A stretch of 58,187 bases of DNA from Actinomycetota bacterium (GTDB lineage Bacteria > Actinomycetota > Acidimicrobiia > Acidimicrobiales > Ilumatobacteraceae). Position numbers and translations under genes: made by a program. Below the pieces are notes generated by a model that ran no database searches, had not been told where the DNA came from, and saw only the letters and a program-made list of their open reading frames with translations. The DNA lies in contig RFTA01000001.1 in the NCBI GenBank assembly GCA_009923685.1, positions 1-58,187 of the forward strand. The letters are read 5' to 3'. Below are positions 9,147 through 18,556 of the stretch, piece after piece; the first letter of the stretch is position 1, and every line of letters begins with the position of its first letter.

Positions 9147-10118
9147 ATGAGTGTTTCCGTAGCCGCAGTGACGGTTGTTGTGCCAGGGTCGCACTTGATG
9201 TCAAGTTTGCTTGGTGAACGCGACTCGCATTTGCGACTCATTGAATCAGAGTTTCCAAACACGACAATTCGAGTACGTGGCAATGAGATTTCTATTTCGG
9301 GTACTGAGACCGACACAGTTGGTAGTTTGTTCGAAGAGCTCACTTCATTGTTGCAGGGTGGAGAGAACTTGAATTCGTTGGTCGTGGCCCGAAGCATCGA
9401 GATGTTGCGCGTTCATGAAAGACCGAGTTCTGTGTTGACTCACGACATTATGCGCGCAAATCAGGGCAAACCTGTGCGTCCAAAGACCTCGGGTCAAAAA
9501 CATTATGTCGATGCAATTCGTGAAAACGTGATCACTTTTGGTCTCGGTCCGGCTGGCACTGGCAAGAGTTGGTTGGCTATCGCGATGGCAGTTCATGCTC
9601 TTCAAACAAAAACTGTCCAACGGATAATCCTTACACGACCCGCGGTTGAAGCCGGCGAGAGGCTTGGTTTTTTGCCCGGCGACTTGATGGCCAAACTCGA
9701 TCCTTATCTTCGTCCGCTGTATGACGCTCTTCATGACATGGTTGGTGCTGAAGGTGCCTTGAAACTAGTCGAGAAACAAATTGTCGAAGTAGCGCCACTC
9801 GCATATATGCGTGGTCGCACGCTGAACAACAGTTTTATTATTTTGGACGAAGCGCAGAACGCGACACCCGAACAAATAAAAATGTTCTTGACTCGCATCG
9901 GTTTCGGTTCAAAGGTCGTCGTTACCGGTGACATGACGCAAGTTGATATTCCAGATAATCGCAGTGGCCTTTTCGGCTTAGAAAAAGTCCTCACGGGCAT
10001 CGAGGGTCTTTCGTTCGTGCACCTTGGTGTTTCAGACATTGTGCGCCACAAGATTGTGTCTGACATCGTCGCGGCTTATGAGCAGAGAGGTTCGAGCGCG
10101 GTGAACCTTCGTGCTTGA
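9147..10118 (+). CDS. phoH: PhoH-family ATPase (PhoH/YbeZ)
   Basis: 323 aa with Walker A GPAGTGKS and Walker B FIILDEAQN. It is followed by ybeY, the conserved arrangement. Confidence 0.9.
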   Translation: MSVSVAAVTVVVPGSHLMSSLLGERDSHLRLIESEFPNTTIRVRGNEISISGTETDTVGSLFEELTSLLQGGENLNSLVVARSIEMLRVHERPSSVLTHDIMRANQGKPVRPKTSGQKHYVDAIRENVITFGLGPAGTGKSWLAIAMAVHALQTKTVQRIILTRPAVEAGERLGFLPGDLMAKLDPYLRPLYDALHDMVGAEGALKLVEKQIVEVAPLAYMRGRTLNNSFIILDEAQNATPEQIKMFLTRIGFGSKVVVTGDMTQVDIPDNRSGLFGLEKVLTGIEGLSFVHLGVSDIVRHKIVSDIVAAYEQRGSSAVNLRA

Positions 10119-10701
10119 ACCACACATCAAGCGTTCTGGGCCACGAAAAGTTGGCGGCGACGGTGAAATCGAGGTGTTTTGTGCAGATGAGCAAACCGAT
10201 GTTGCCGTCGATGTAGCGCGATGGCATCAACTCGCCAAAAATGTGCTGATTTCCGAAGGGGTGCGAGGTGCGGCCGAACTTACGTTGATGTTCGTACCAG
10301 AATCAGCGATCGCCGGACTCAACGAAAAGTACATGGGCAAAGTCGGGCCAACCGATGTTCTCTCATTTCCGCTTGATGCGGTCGAAGCAATTCGCACACC
10401 TGGCCCAGGCGCGTTTTCGCGTGGTCCCGACAAGTCGAATGTCGATCTCAATGACCTGCCAATTCTTCTCGGCGATGTTGTCTTATGTCCGATCGTTGCT
10501 CTACGACAGTCGTCCAACCACGCCGGAAACATCGATGATGAGTTCGCATTGTTGGTGACACATGGTGTGCTGCATGTGTTGGGTTATGACCACGAACAAG
10601 AAAATGATGCCGCAAAAATGCACGCACGCGAGCGCGAGTTGCTCGAGCTTCATCATTGGTGTGGTCCGATGCCTGCGACATTTTCGAAGGTCTACGAATG
10701 A
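10111..10701 (+). CDS. ybeY: rRNA maturation endoribonuclease YbeY
   Basis: Zinc motif HGVLHVLGYDH. The ORF overlaps the phoH stop by 8 nt. The true start may be internal, because 196 aa is long for the family. Confidence 0.85.
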   Translation: MLEPHIKRSGPRKVGGDGEIEVFCADEQTDVAVDVARWHQLAKNVLISEGVRGAAELTLMFVPESAIAGLNEKYMGKVGPTDVLSFPLDAVEAIRTPGPGAFSRGPDKSNVDLNDLPILLGDVVLCPIVALRQSSNHAGNIDDEFALLVTHGVLHVLGYDHEQENDAAKMHARERELLELHHWCGPMPATFSKVYE

Positions 10702-11981
10702 TTTTTGCGACGACACCTACCGCAGCAGATTATTGGATGCTTTTCACGGTTTTCGTCCTTCTTGTTGCCCTAACCGGTTTGTCATTGGCCGAAATGAGTC
10801 TCTCGCGAGTTACAAAACAGAAGGCTCAAGCGTTGCTTGAGCAAAACGGTAAGCGTGCGAAAATCATCTTGAAACTCGCCGAAGACCCAACCAAGTGGGT
10901 CAATCCTTTGTTGTTGACGGTAAACATTTTTCAAACCGTCCAAGCGACGTTTACCGGAATTGTTGCAGGTCGGCTTTTCGGCGCACCTGGTGTTGCGATC
11001 GGGGTGACGCTCAATGTCGTCGTGTTTTTTGTATTGGCTGAAGCCGTACCCAAGACTTACGGTCTCATTCACCCCGTGCGTGGCGCAACGATAACTGCGG
11101 TGCCGGTGCATGCGCTGACGAGTTTTTATCCATTGCGCGTCATGTCGCAGGGTCTCATCAAACTTACGAATGCAATTGTTCGAGGCAAGGGTTTGGCCGC
11201 AGGTCCGTTCATCAGCGAACAAGAGTTTCTCGGCATTGTCGAAGCTGCTGCCCAAGACGCAGTGATTGAGCACGAAGAACGCGAACTCATTGAGTCTGTA
11301 ATTGAGTTCGGCGACACCGTTGTTCGAGAGATAATGGTGCCGCGACCTGATGTGGTTACGATCAACGATGACTTGATCATTTCTCAGGCGATCGACATCA
11401 TCGTCGAGCATCAATTAAGTCGTCTGCCAGTGTTGCGAGCCGACGATGACGATCAAGACGATCTCGTGGGTGTCGTTTATGCCAAAGATCTGATCGCCGC
11501 CGAGAGAGCGGGTCGCGGGTCTGAATCTATTAAAACTGCTCTGCACACAGTCGAAGTTGTGCCCGAAATGAAGCCCGTTGCAGACTTGATGCGACAAATG
11601 CAGCAAGAGAAGTTTCACTTGGCGATGGTCGCTGATGAGTATGGCTTGCTTGCTGGCCTCGTGACGCTTGAAGACTGTCTCGAAGAATTGGTGGGCGAAA
11701 TTGGCGATGAGCACGACGAAGACGACACCTCGGTGCAACGACAACCAAACGGCGACTTGCTAGTCGCTGGCGTAACGACCATAGACAAACTCAATGAAAT
11801 TCTTGAATCTGAAATCAGCACGATTGATTACGACACGATCGGCGGCTTGGTGTTCGGTGAGCTTGGTCATGTGCCCGAAGTTGGCGAGTCGGTAACTCTC
11901 GACCAAAAGGTATTTCGCGTCGAAGAGCTCGATGGTCGGCGCATTCAAGTCATTCGAATTTCGCCTGTGAAAAACAATTAG
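10698..11981 (+). CDS. hemolysin-family/CNNM protein (DUF21 membrane domain, CBS pair and CorC_HlyC domain)
   Basis: The ORF track starts at 10656. ATG 10698 forms an ATGA overlap with the ybeY stop and precedes a hydrophobic N-terminus. The CBS region (REIMVPRPD) and the C-terminal transporter-associated domain fit the family. Confidence 0.85.
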   Translation: MIFATTPTAADYWMLFTVFVLLVALTGLSLAEMSLSRVTKQKAQALLEQNGKRAKIILKLAEDPTKWVNPLLLTVNIFQTVQATFTGIVAGRLFGAPGVAIGVTLNVVVFFVLAEAVPKTYGLIHPVRGATITAVPVHALTSFYPLRVMSQGLIKLTNAIVRGKGLAAGPFISEQEFLGIVEAAAQDAVIEHEERELIESVIEFGDTVVREIMVPRPDVVTINDDLIISQAIDIIVEHQLSRLPVLRADDDDQDDLVGVVYAKDLIAAERAGRGSESIKTALHTVEVVPEMKPVADLMRQMQQEKFHLAMVADEYGLLAGLVTLEDCLEELVGEIGDEHDEDDTSVQRQPNGDLLVAGVTTIDKLNEILESEISTIDYDTIGGLVFGELGHVPEVGESVTLDQKVFRVEELDGRRIQVIRISPVKNN

Positions 11982-11990
11982 TCTCAGTTC

Positions 11991-12740
11991 ATGGAGATCT
12001 CGCTTCGCGGAAAAACTGCAATCGTCACAGGTGCGTCACGGGGTATCGGTAAGGCGATCGCAAAATCTTTTGTCGACGCAGGTGCGCAAGTGATGCTTAC
12101 CTCGCGAAAAATTGACGCCCTACAAGCCGCAGCGAAAGAACTCGATGGCGAGACCGCGGTTTTCGCCGCCAATGCAGGTGACATCGATCAAGCGCACGAA
12201 TGTGTCGACGCGACGATGAAGCGTTTTGGCAAGATCGACATCTTGGTGAATAACGCGGCAACAAACCCTTATTACGGTGCGACACTTGGTGTCGATTCGG
12301 CGCAATTCGACAAAACTTTTCAAGTCAACTTGAAAGGCCCACTGTTCTGGAGTCAAGCGGTGTTCAACGCGTCAATGCAGAAAAACCCAGGCGTCATTTT
12401 GAACATCGCCTCAGTTGGTGGTTTGCGAGCAGAGCAAGGTCTTGGGGTCTACAACTTGACTAAAGCAGCTGTGATCCATCTGACGAGTCAGTTGGCATGC
12501 GAATTAGGAAGAACCAGAGTCGTGGGCATCGCACCAGGTTTAGTCAAAACGCTTTTTGCGTCGGTACTGATTGAAAACGTTGGCGAGAGACTCGCTGCAG
12601 CGCTACCAACGAAGCGACTTGGTGAACCTCAAGACATCGCCAACTTGGCGCTATTTCTGTGCTCAGATCTCGCGTCTTGGATCACCGGAGAAACTTATGT
12701 GATAGACGGTGGTGCAGGGGTGCGCTCGGGCACGATGTAA
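11991..12740 (+). CDS. short-chain dehydrogenase/reductase (SDR)
   Basis: 249 aa with TGASRGIGKAIA, NNAA, and a YxxxK-type catalytic region (YNLTKAA). Confidence 0.85.
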   Translation: MEISLRGKTAIVTGASRGIGKAIAKSFVDAGAQVMLTSRKIDALQAAAKELDGETAVFAANAGDIDQAHECVDATMKRFGKIDILVNNAATNPYYGATLGVDSAQFDKTFQVNLKGPLFWSQAVFNASMQKNPGVILNIASVGGLRAEQGLGVYNLTKAAVIHLTSQLACELGRTRVVGIAPGLVKTLFASVLIENVGERLAAALPTKRLGEPQDIANLALFLCSDLASWITGETYVIDGGAGVRSGTM

Positions 12741-13963
12741 ATTTTCGCCGCCTTCAAAAAGACTGGTCCAAGCGTTATGAGTGCTGCGAGCAATACCAGA
12801 CCCGACGCTAGATATGTCGCTCGCAAACCGAATGTAAATGCAATTTGCCCACCGATAAGCGCGCCAATGGCCGTGCTGCCGGTGCCAATGAATCGATAGA
12901 CGCTATTGACGCGGCCGAACAACTCGGTGGGAATAAGCCTTTGACGCATGCTCACGGTGATCACATTCCAAGTTGTTCCTGCGATTGACATAACGATTCC
13001 GCTGATTGCGACGGCCCAAATTTCAGGAAACACACCCGGCACGACATCTGACATGCCAAAAATTACGTAGGCGAGAATTATTGCCGTGGTGGCGCCGAGT
13101 TTGTTGCTGACCTTTTCACCAATCAGGCCACCGAGAATCGAACCAATCGAAATGGCAGCGAGCAAAATACCGAATCCACGAGCGCCAAGTCCGAGTTCAT
13201 CGCGTGCAAATTTAACGAACACTGCTTGGGCGAACATGCCACACATGTTCGCCACGCCGAGCATGATTGCCAAAGTGCGCAGCAAGTCGTGGCCCCACAA
13301 CCAAGTCAGACCTTCTTTAAGATCAGTTTTAAACGAATTCTTAGACTTATCGCTGCTCAATTTGGTTTTCATGGCAATTGACTTAATCAGCAACGCAGCC
13401 AGAAGAAGAGCCACTGCATTGACTCCAAACGGGGCATAAACGGCTAGCACAAAAATCCATGCTCCGAATGGAAGACCAATAAAACCATTGGTGATAATTT
13501 GAGAAATAAACAGTCGACTATTGGCTAATTCGAGTGATTTCTCGTCCACGATGGCTGGCAAAATCGCCTGTGAACTCATATCAAAAAACAATTCGCACAC
13601 TCCACCAATCGCGGCCGCCAAGATGAGGTGGTAAATATTCAGCCAGTTTGACGCGGCTCCGATAGCGATGATGCTGAAAATCAAGCACCGAACCAAGTTC
13701 GCGCGAAACATTATCTTCTGGCGATCATGTCTGTCGAGGTAAACCCCAGCGGGCAACGACAGCACGAGCCACGGCAACATTGCAGCAAAACTAATTGCGG
13801 CGATCAATCGGGTGTCTTCAGTCAGTGATATCGCGAGAAGCGGTGCAGCGGCAACGACCATTCCGTCGCCCAGATTTGAGATCGTTGACGATGCGAAAAG
13901 TCTCCAGTATGAGCTCGGCAGATTTGGCTTCTGGTCGTGTGAATGAACTTCGTTGCTAGTCAT
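12695..13963 (-). CDS. MFS transporter, EntS/MFS_3-like ('transmembrane secretion effector' type)
   Basis: 422 aa with about 12 hydrophobic segments. The N-terminus YWRLFASSTISNLGDGMVVAAAPLLA is typical of that subfamily. Its start overlaps the menE stop by 8 nt. Confidence 0.75.
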   Translation of the reverse strand: MTSNEVHSHDQKPNLPSSYWRLFASSTISNLGDGMVVAAAPLLAISLTEDTRLIAAISFAAMLPWLVLSLPAGVYLDRHDRQKIMFRANLVRCLIFSIIAIGAASNWLNIYHLILAAAIGGVCELFFDMSSQAILPAIVDEKSLELANSRLFISQIITNGFIGLPFGAWIFVLAVYAPFGVNAVALLLAALLIKSIAMKTKLSSDKSKNSFKTDLKEGLTWLWGHDLLRTLAIMLGVANMCGMFAQAVFVKFARDELGLGARGFGILLAAISIGSILGGLIGEKVSNKLGATTAIILAYVIFGMSDVVPGVFPEIWAVAISGIVMSIAGTTWNVITVSMRQRLIPTELFGRVNSVYRFIGTGSTAIGALIGGQIAFTFGLRATYLASGLVLLAALITLGPVFLKAAKIYIVPERTPAPPSIT

Positions 13964-15080
13964 GATGAATTAAAAGCTCGCTCATTAAGACTTTGCCAAG
14001 GCTCGATCGTGGTATTTGATTGACAATGAATAGTTTTTGCGGCGCACAATAATCGGGTTGCGAGTCTCGCACATGTGCTCGCAAGATATCAAGATCGAAT
14101 TTCTTGACATCAGGTCGAAGTACGACCCACGCAGTCACTGCTTGACCCCATTTTTTGTCTGGTGTGCCCGCGACCACCACATCTTGAATTACATCGAGTT
14201 GCCGAATCGATTTTTCGACAGTGTTTGGCCAAACTTTATAGCCACCCGTGTTTATTAAATCGTCTTTGCGACCCAAGATTTTAAGTTGCCCGTTATAAAT
14301 TTCTCCGAGATCACCGGTCATAAACCATCCGTCGACCGATTTTGGATCAAAACCATCTCGATAGCAGCGAAACAGACTGTCGCAGCGCAATTCAATTTCT
14401 GATTCGGCGCCAAGCCTCATTTCGACTCCGACAAGTGGTCGTCCGTCATAAATGACCCCGCCCATCGTCTCGGTCAAGCCATAGGTTGCAATTGCGTTAT
14501 TCGGCAATTTGTCAAATGTTTGCGAGCCACCAACTAACACGGTTTTGAATCTGGTTATATCGACTGATCGTAAAACCGTCGGCACCAGCGAAGTCAAATT
14601 TGCGCCGTCATTAAGCGCCGAGTTGATCGTCGCGCTGTCTGCACGCTGAGCGATTGTTAGTTTCGAACCAAAATGCAACGCTCGCAAGACAACCGATAAA
14701 CCGCCAACGTGAGCCAGAGAGATACACGCCAACCAGTGATCGCTATTGGTGCAATCAAGTCGGCTACCCGTCGACCTAATAGCCGAATCGATTGATTTGT
14801 GGGTGTGTACAACACCTTTTGGTCTACCTGTCGAACCAGAGGTTGCGATCACTAGCGCATCGTCTGTTTCGACGGGTTGTGAGTCATTTAGTTTCGACAC
14901 TTGTCCGTCTCGACCGACAACCCTCGAAGCCTTGAACGATGTCAGCAAATCTTTGCGTGCGATAATCGGCAAACGTTGGTCTAGGGGCAGTGCCGCGTCA
15001 CCAGAATCCCAAATTTTTTGCAGCGCAACCACGAACTCTTCGCCTGCCGGCATATCAATGGCTACCAGTTCACGCACCAT
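13956..15080 (-). CDS. menE: o-succinylbenzoate-CoA ligase
   Basis: 374-aa short adenylate-forming enzyme with TSGSTGRPKGV and YGLTET. It lies in a men gene neighbourhood. Confidence 0.75.
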   Translation of the reverse strand: MVRELVAIDMPAGEEFVVALQKIWDSGDAALPLDQRLPIIARKDLLTSFKASRVVGRDGQVSKLNDSQPVETDDALVIATSGSTGRPKGVVHTHKSIDSAIRSTGSRLDCTNSDHWLACISLAHVGGLSVVLRALHFGSKLTIAQRADSATINSALNDGANLTSLVPTVLRSVDITRFKTVLVGGSQTFDKLPNNAIATYGLTETMGGVIYDGRPLVGVEMRLGAESEIELRCDSLFRCYRDGFDPKSVDGWFMTGDLGEIYNGQLKILGRKDDLINTGGYKVWPNTVEKSIRQLDVIQDVVVAGTPDKKWGQAVTAWVVLRPDVKKFDLDILRAHVRDSQPDYCAPQKLFIVNQIPRSSLGKVLMSELLIHHD

Positions 15081-15114
15081 TTCAGCGTAGATGTTTTGTT
15101 GTTAAGTTAGAGCC

Positions 15115-15993
15115 GTGCGCGACTCGATCAATTTGTGGATACTGGGTGCGCGTCCAAAGACTTTGCCCGCCGCGGTCGCACCAGTCGCTGTTGGGGCTGC
15201 GTGTGCGAATGTTGTTGAGACCACAAAAGAAAATTGGTCGAACGCATTCTTCGCTTTGATCGTTAGTTTGGCACTTCAAGTTGCGGTTAATTACGCAAAC
15301 GACTATTCAGACGGCGTTCGCGGCACCGACAAAGATCGAGTTGGCCCATTACGACTCGTTGGGTCGGGTTCTAAAAGCCCGGCTGCCGTCAAGCGTGCAA
15401 CTTTCTATGCGTTCGGCGTCGCCGCAGTGTTCGGTTTGATCCTCGCGGCAAGTGCTTCGTGGTGGTTGCTGCTCGTGGGTATTGCGTGTTTTTTGGCCGG
15501 CTGGTTTTACACAGGCGGAACTAACCCGTATGGGTATCTGGGTCTTGGTGAGGTGTTTGTATTCATTTTTTTTGGTGTCGTTGCGATCACGGGCACAACT
15601 TTTGTTGTTGCACAAGAAATCACGATGGTTAGTTTCTTGGCTTCTGTTGCTGTTGGCTGTTTGGCTTGCGCACTTTTGGCCGTCAATAATTTACGCGATA
15701 TCGAAGGTGACACAATCGCCAACAAACGCACACTTGCTGTGAGGCTGGGTGAAAGACGAGCAAGAAAGTTCTATGTTTCACTTTTCTTCGTTGCCGCAAT
15801 CGCAATTATTCTCGTTTCAACTTCTCACAGAAGCGCGGCGATTGGCATGCTTGGTTTAGTTGCGGCCATCAAGCCAATTAAACGTGTAGCAAACGGTGCA
15901 ACTGGCAAAGAACTTGTCGAGGTTTTGGTGTTGACCGGTCGTGTACAAATATTGGTGGCCGTAGCGTTGAGCGTTGGTTTGATCGTCGGTTGA
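15115..15993 (+). CDS. menA: 1,4-dihydroxy-2-naphthoate polyprenyltransferase
   Basis: 292-aa UbiA-family membrane protein with the Asp-rich motif NDYSDGVRGTD. GTG start. Confidence 0.85.
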   Translation: MRDSINLWILGARPKTLPAAVAPVAVGAACANVVETTKENWSNAFFALIVSLALQVAVNYANDYSDGVRGTDKDRVGPLRLVGSGSKSPAAVKRATFYAFGVAAVFGLILAASASWWLLLVGIACFLAGWFYTGGTNPYGYLGLGEVFVFIFFGVVAITGTTFVVAQEITMVSFLASVAVGCLACALLAVNNLRDIEGDTIANKRTLAVRLGERRARKFYVSLFFVAAIAIILVSTSHRSAAIGMLGLVAAIKPIKRVANGATGKELVEVLVLTGRVQILVAVALSVGLIVG

Positions 15994-15997
15994 GTAG

Positions 15998-16744
15998 TTA
16001 AGTCGACGACAGAAATTTCTTCAAGTGGGTCAAAAAAATTTCAGGCTGCTCAAGGTGTGGGGTATGGCCGGAGTTTTTTATCTCGACTAGTTCTGCGTTG
16101 TTGCCAATTTCAGAAACTAATCTTTTAGCCAACGCCAAATACTTTTGATCGTTGGTGCCTGCTATTACCAGCACAGGCATCGTCAACTCTCTCAACCGCG
16201 ACCATGTCGGTTGTTGTCGTCCCGCTCCGCATAGTCGAAGGCTTGAACTCAACCCGATAGTTGAATTTTTCAGTCTCATATCTCGCTGGTTGGTTTTGGC
16301 ACTTAGGCCTCTGAATAGTGGCAATGACAGCCAACTGTCGACGAACTTTTCAATTCCGTCTTGCTCGATTTTGGTCGCGAGCGCCTCGTCACTCTTGATT
16401 CGATCCAGGCGTGACTGCTTGTCTTCGATGCCGGCTGTCGCGCTAACCAAAACCAGTCGGGCAACATTTTGTGGTTCGGCGAGCGCGAGCGTCAAACAGA
16501 ATCTTGCACCAAGCGAATAACCAAGGTAGGTCGCCCTTCCACCAACTTCGCCGATTGCCTTTGCGCCTGATTCAAGATTCAAAGATATGTCGCTTGATTC
16601 ACCGTGATTCGGCGCATCAATCGCGATCACCTCATGGGTCTGATTGAGTTCTGCGACTGTCTTGGCCCAGGTCTCGCGTGTCTGGGTGAAGCCATGCACC
16701 AAAACAACACGTTCACCTCGACCAGTCTTGGCGAATGCAAGCAT
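15998..16744 (-). CDS. menH: alpha/beta hydrolase, probable SHCHC synthase
   Basis: 248 aa with the nucleophile elbow GYSLGA and a C-terminal SGH. It is divergent from menD. Confidence 0.65.
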   Translation of the reverse strand: MLAFAKTGRGERVVLVHGFTQTRETWAKTVAELNQTHEVIAIDAPNHGESSDISLNLESGAKAIGEVGGRATYLGYSLGARFCLTLALAEPQNVARLVLVSATAGIEDKQSRLDRIKSDEALATKIEQDGIEKFVDSWLSLPLFRGLSAKTNQRDMRLKNSTIGLSSSLRLCGAGRQQPTWSRLRELTMPVLVIAGTNDQKYLALAKRLVSEIGNNAELVEIKNSGHTPHLEQPEIFLTHLKKFLSST

Positions 16745-16827
16745 CAGATGACGCTAACCGAACGGACACTTGTGCGATTTGCCACAAGGTTCGAACTTTT
16801 TGCACTCATTGCTGCCACGATAGAGGC

Positions 16828-18534
16828 ATGGCTTCTTCGGCGGCGACCACTGCAACATTCTGCGCCACTTTGGTCGATGAATGGTTGCACTGTGGGGTAC
16901 GCCATGCAGTTGTATCGCCGGGCTCGAGGTCTACGCCCATTGCTCTCGCGATCGCAACTCGACCAGAGATTTTACTGCATATTTTTCACGACGAACGAAG
17001 TGCCGCATTCGCCGCTTTGGGCATTGCCAAGATGTCGGGTGTACCCGCGATTTTGGTTTGCTCGTCAGGCACGGCGGCAGTTGAATTTCATCCCGCTGTT
17101 GTCGAAGCACACCACGCCGAGGTGCCGATCTTGATTTGCACCGCAGATCGTCCGGCTGAATTACAGGGGGTCGGTGCACCTCAAACTATTGATCAACGAA
17201 ATCTCTACGGAGTTGCGGTTCGAAAATTCGTCAATGCCGAAGTTGCTGACGATAAAGACAGCCATGTTTGGCGTGATCTTGCTCGCGAACTTTTTGCGAC
17301 GAGTCTCGGACAAGTTCAAGGTCCGGTTCATCTAAACATGCGATTTCGTGAACCTTTGTTGGGCACCGTTTCGTCACTTCCACAACGCGATCAGCGCTCG
17401 GCGACAATCGCCAAAGAGGTTCCGCGTTTCACGAACCGAAACAAGCGAAAACTTCTCCGTGCACTTGAATCAAAGCGAGGACTGTTAGTCGTTGGACCCG
17501 AAAATTTTCGTCCAGACTTGGTGTTGAATCTCGCAAGCGCTTTGCGTTGGCCACTGTTAGCCGATCCGCGAAGCGGTACCCGCGTTCCAAACGATGTCGT
17601 AGTTGCTGCCGCAGATTCGATTTTGCGCAACGAAAAGTTTGCAGAGAAAATGCGACCAGAAATTATTCTGCGTATAGGCGCCCTGCCCGCGTCAAAGGTC
17701 GTTAATTCTTGGTTGTCAAGTTCGGGTGCACAGCAAATTGTGCTTACCACGTCGCAAAGTCTTGCCGACCCAGATCAACGTTGCTCGATGCATCTTGTCG
17801 GTGAAATTGATGAAATTTGTGAACAAATCATCAACGCGACTCTTAAATTGAACTCGTCTGCAACTTTTGGTGATGGTTCATGGTTGAAACAATGGGCGAG
17901 CGCAGAAGATTCGGCCCAGAAATCGATAAATGCTGCTCTCGCTGACGAGAAGAGAATTACAGAGCCAGCGATTGCTCGAGCAATTTACGCCGGCCTTCCC
18001 GAGGCGTCGCACTTATTCGTTTCAAGTTCGATGCCGATACGCGATGTTGAATGGTTCGGCGCACCCCGCCATGGGCTGAGGGTTCACGCAAATCGTGGTG
18101 CCAATGGCATTGACGGTGTCGTCTCGACGGCGGTTGGGGTTGCGCTGGCATCTGGTCAGACCACGACCCTGTTGATCGGCGACATTGCCCTTTTGCACGA
18201 TGTAAATGGCTTGCTGAACTTGACAAACCGAAATATTGATCTGCGAATCGTCGTTGTTGACAACAACGGTGGGGGTATTTTTTCTTTTCTTCCTCAAGCC
18301 CAAGCGTTAGACCCAGGTGTTTTCGAGACGATTTTCGGCACTCCGCACACGGCTGATATTTCATTGCTTGCGCAGGCCCACAAAGTTGCGTTTCACGAGA
18401 TAAACAATCTTAAAGAACTAGAAGAAGTGTTGGCACAGCGAGGCCCTTGGTTGGCCAGAGTCGTCACTGATCGGCAAGAAAACGTCAAGGTTCACGAGCG
18501 CATAAATCAAATGGTTTCTGCGCAGTTGCACTAA
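16828..18534 (+). CDS. menD: SEPHCHC synthase (2-succinyl-5-enolpyruvyl-6-hydroxy-3-cyclohexene-1-carboxylate synthase)
   Basis: ThDP enzyme. The ORF track starts at 16735, but ATG 16828 (MASSAATTATFCATLVDEW..) follows GAGG and avoids overlap with menH. ThDP motif IGDIALLHD..NNGGGIF. Confidence 0.85.
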   Translation: MASSAATTATFCATLVDEWLHCGVRHAVVSPGSRSTPIALAIATRPEILLHIFHDERSAAFAALGIAKMSGVPAILVCSSGTAAVEFHPAVVEAHHAEVPILICTADRPAELQGVGAPQTIDQRNLYGVAVRKFVNAEVADDKDSHVWRDLARELFATSLGQVQGPVHLNMRFREPLLGTVSSLPQRDQRSATIAKEVPRFTNRNKRKLLRALESKRGLLVVGPENFRPDLVLNLASALRWPLLADPRSGTRVPNDVVVAAADSILRNEKFAEKMRPEIILRIGALPASKVVNSWLSSSGAQQIVLTTSQSLADPDQRCSMHLVGEIDEICEQIINATLKLNSSATFGDGSWLKQWASAEDSAQKSINAALADEKRITEPAIARAIYAGLPEASHLFVSSSMPIRDVEWFGAPRHGLRVHANRGANGIDGVVSTAVGVALASGQTTTLLIGDIALLHDVNGLLNLTNRNIDLRIVVVDNNGGGIFSFLPQAQALDPGVFETIFGTPHTADISLLAQAHKVAFHEINNLKELEEVLAQRGPWLARVVTDRQENVKVHERINQMVSAQLH

Positions 18535-18556
18535 AAATTGAATCTTCGTTAGAACT

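Noticed and set aside
10782-11414. 210-aa minus-strand ORF inside the CBS/CorC gene
   Set aside because: It is antisense to a well-supported gene, and its composition is not protein-like.
16735-16827. Cys/His-rich N-terminal extension of the menD ORF (..CAICHKVRTFCTHCCH..) that looks like a zinc-binding motif
   Set aside because: It lies upstream of a canonical MenD N-terminus that has its own ATG preceded by GAGG. It also overlaps the start of menH on the other strand and the shared promoter region. It is most likely a non-translated artefact of the longest-ORF rule.
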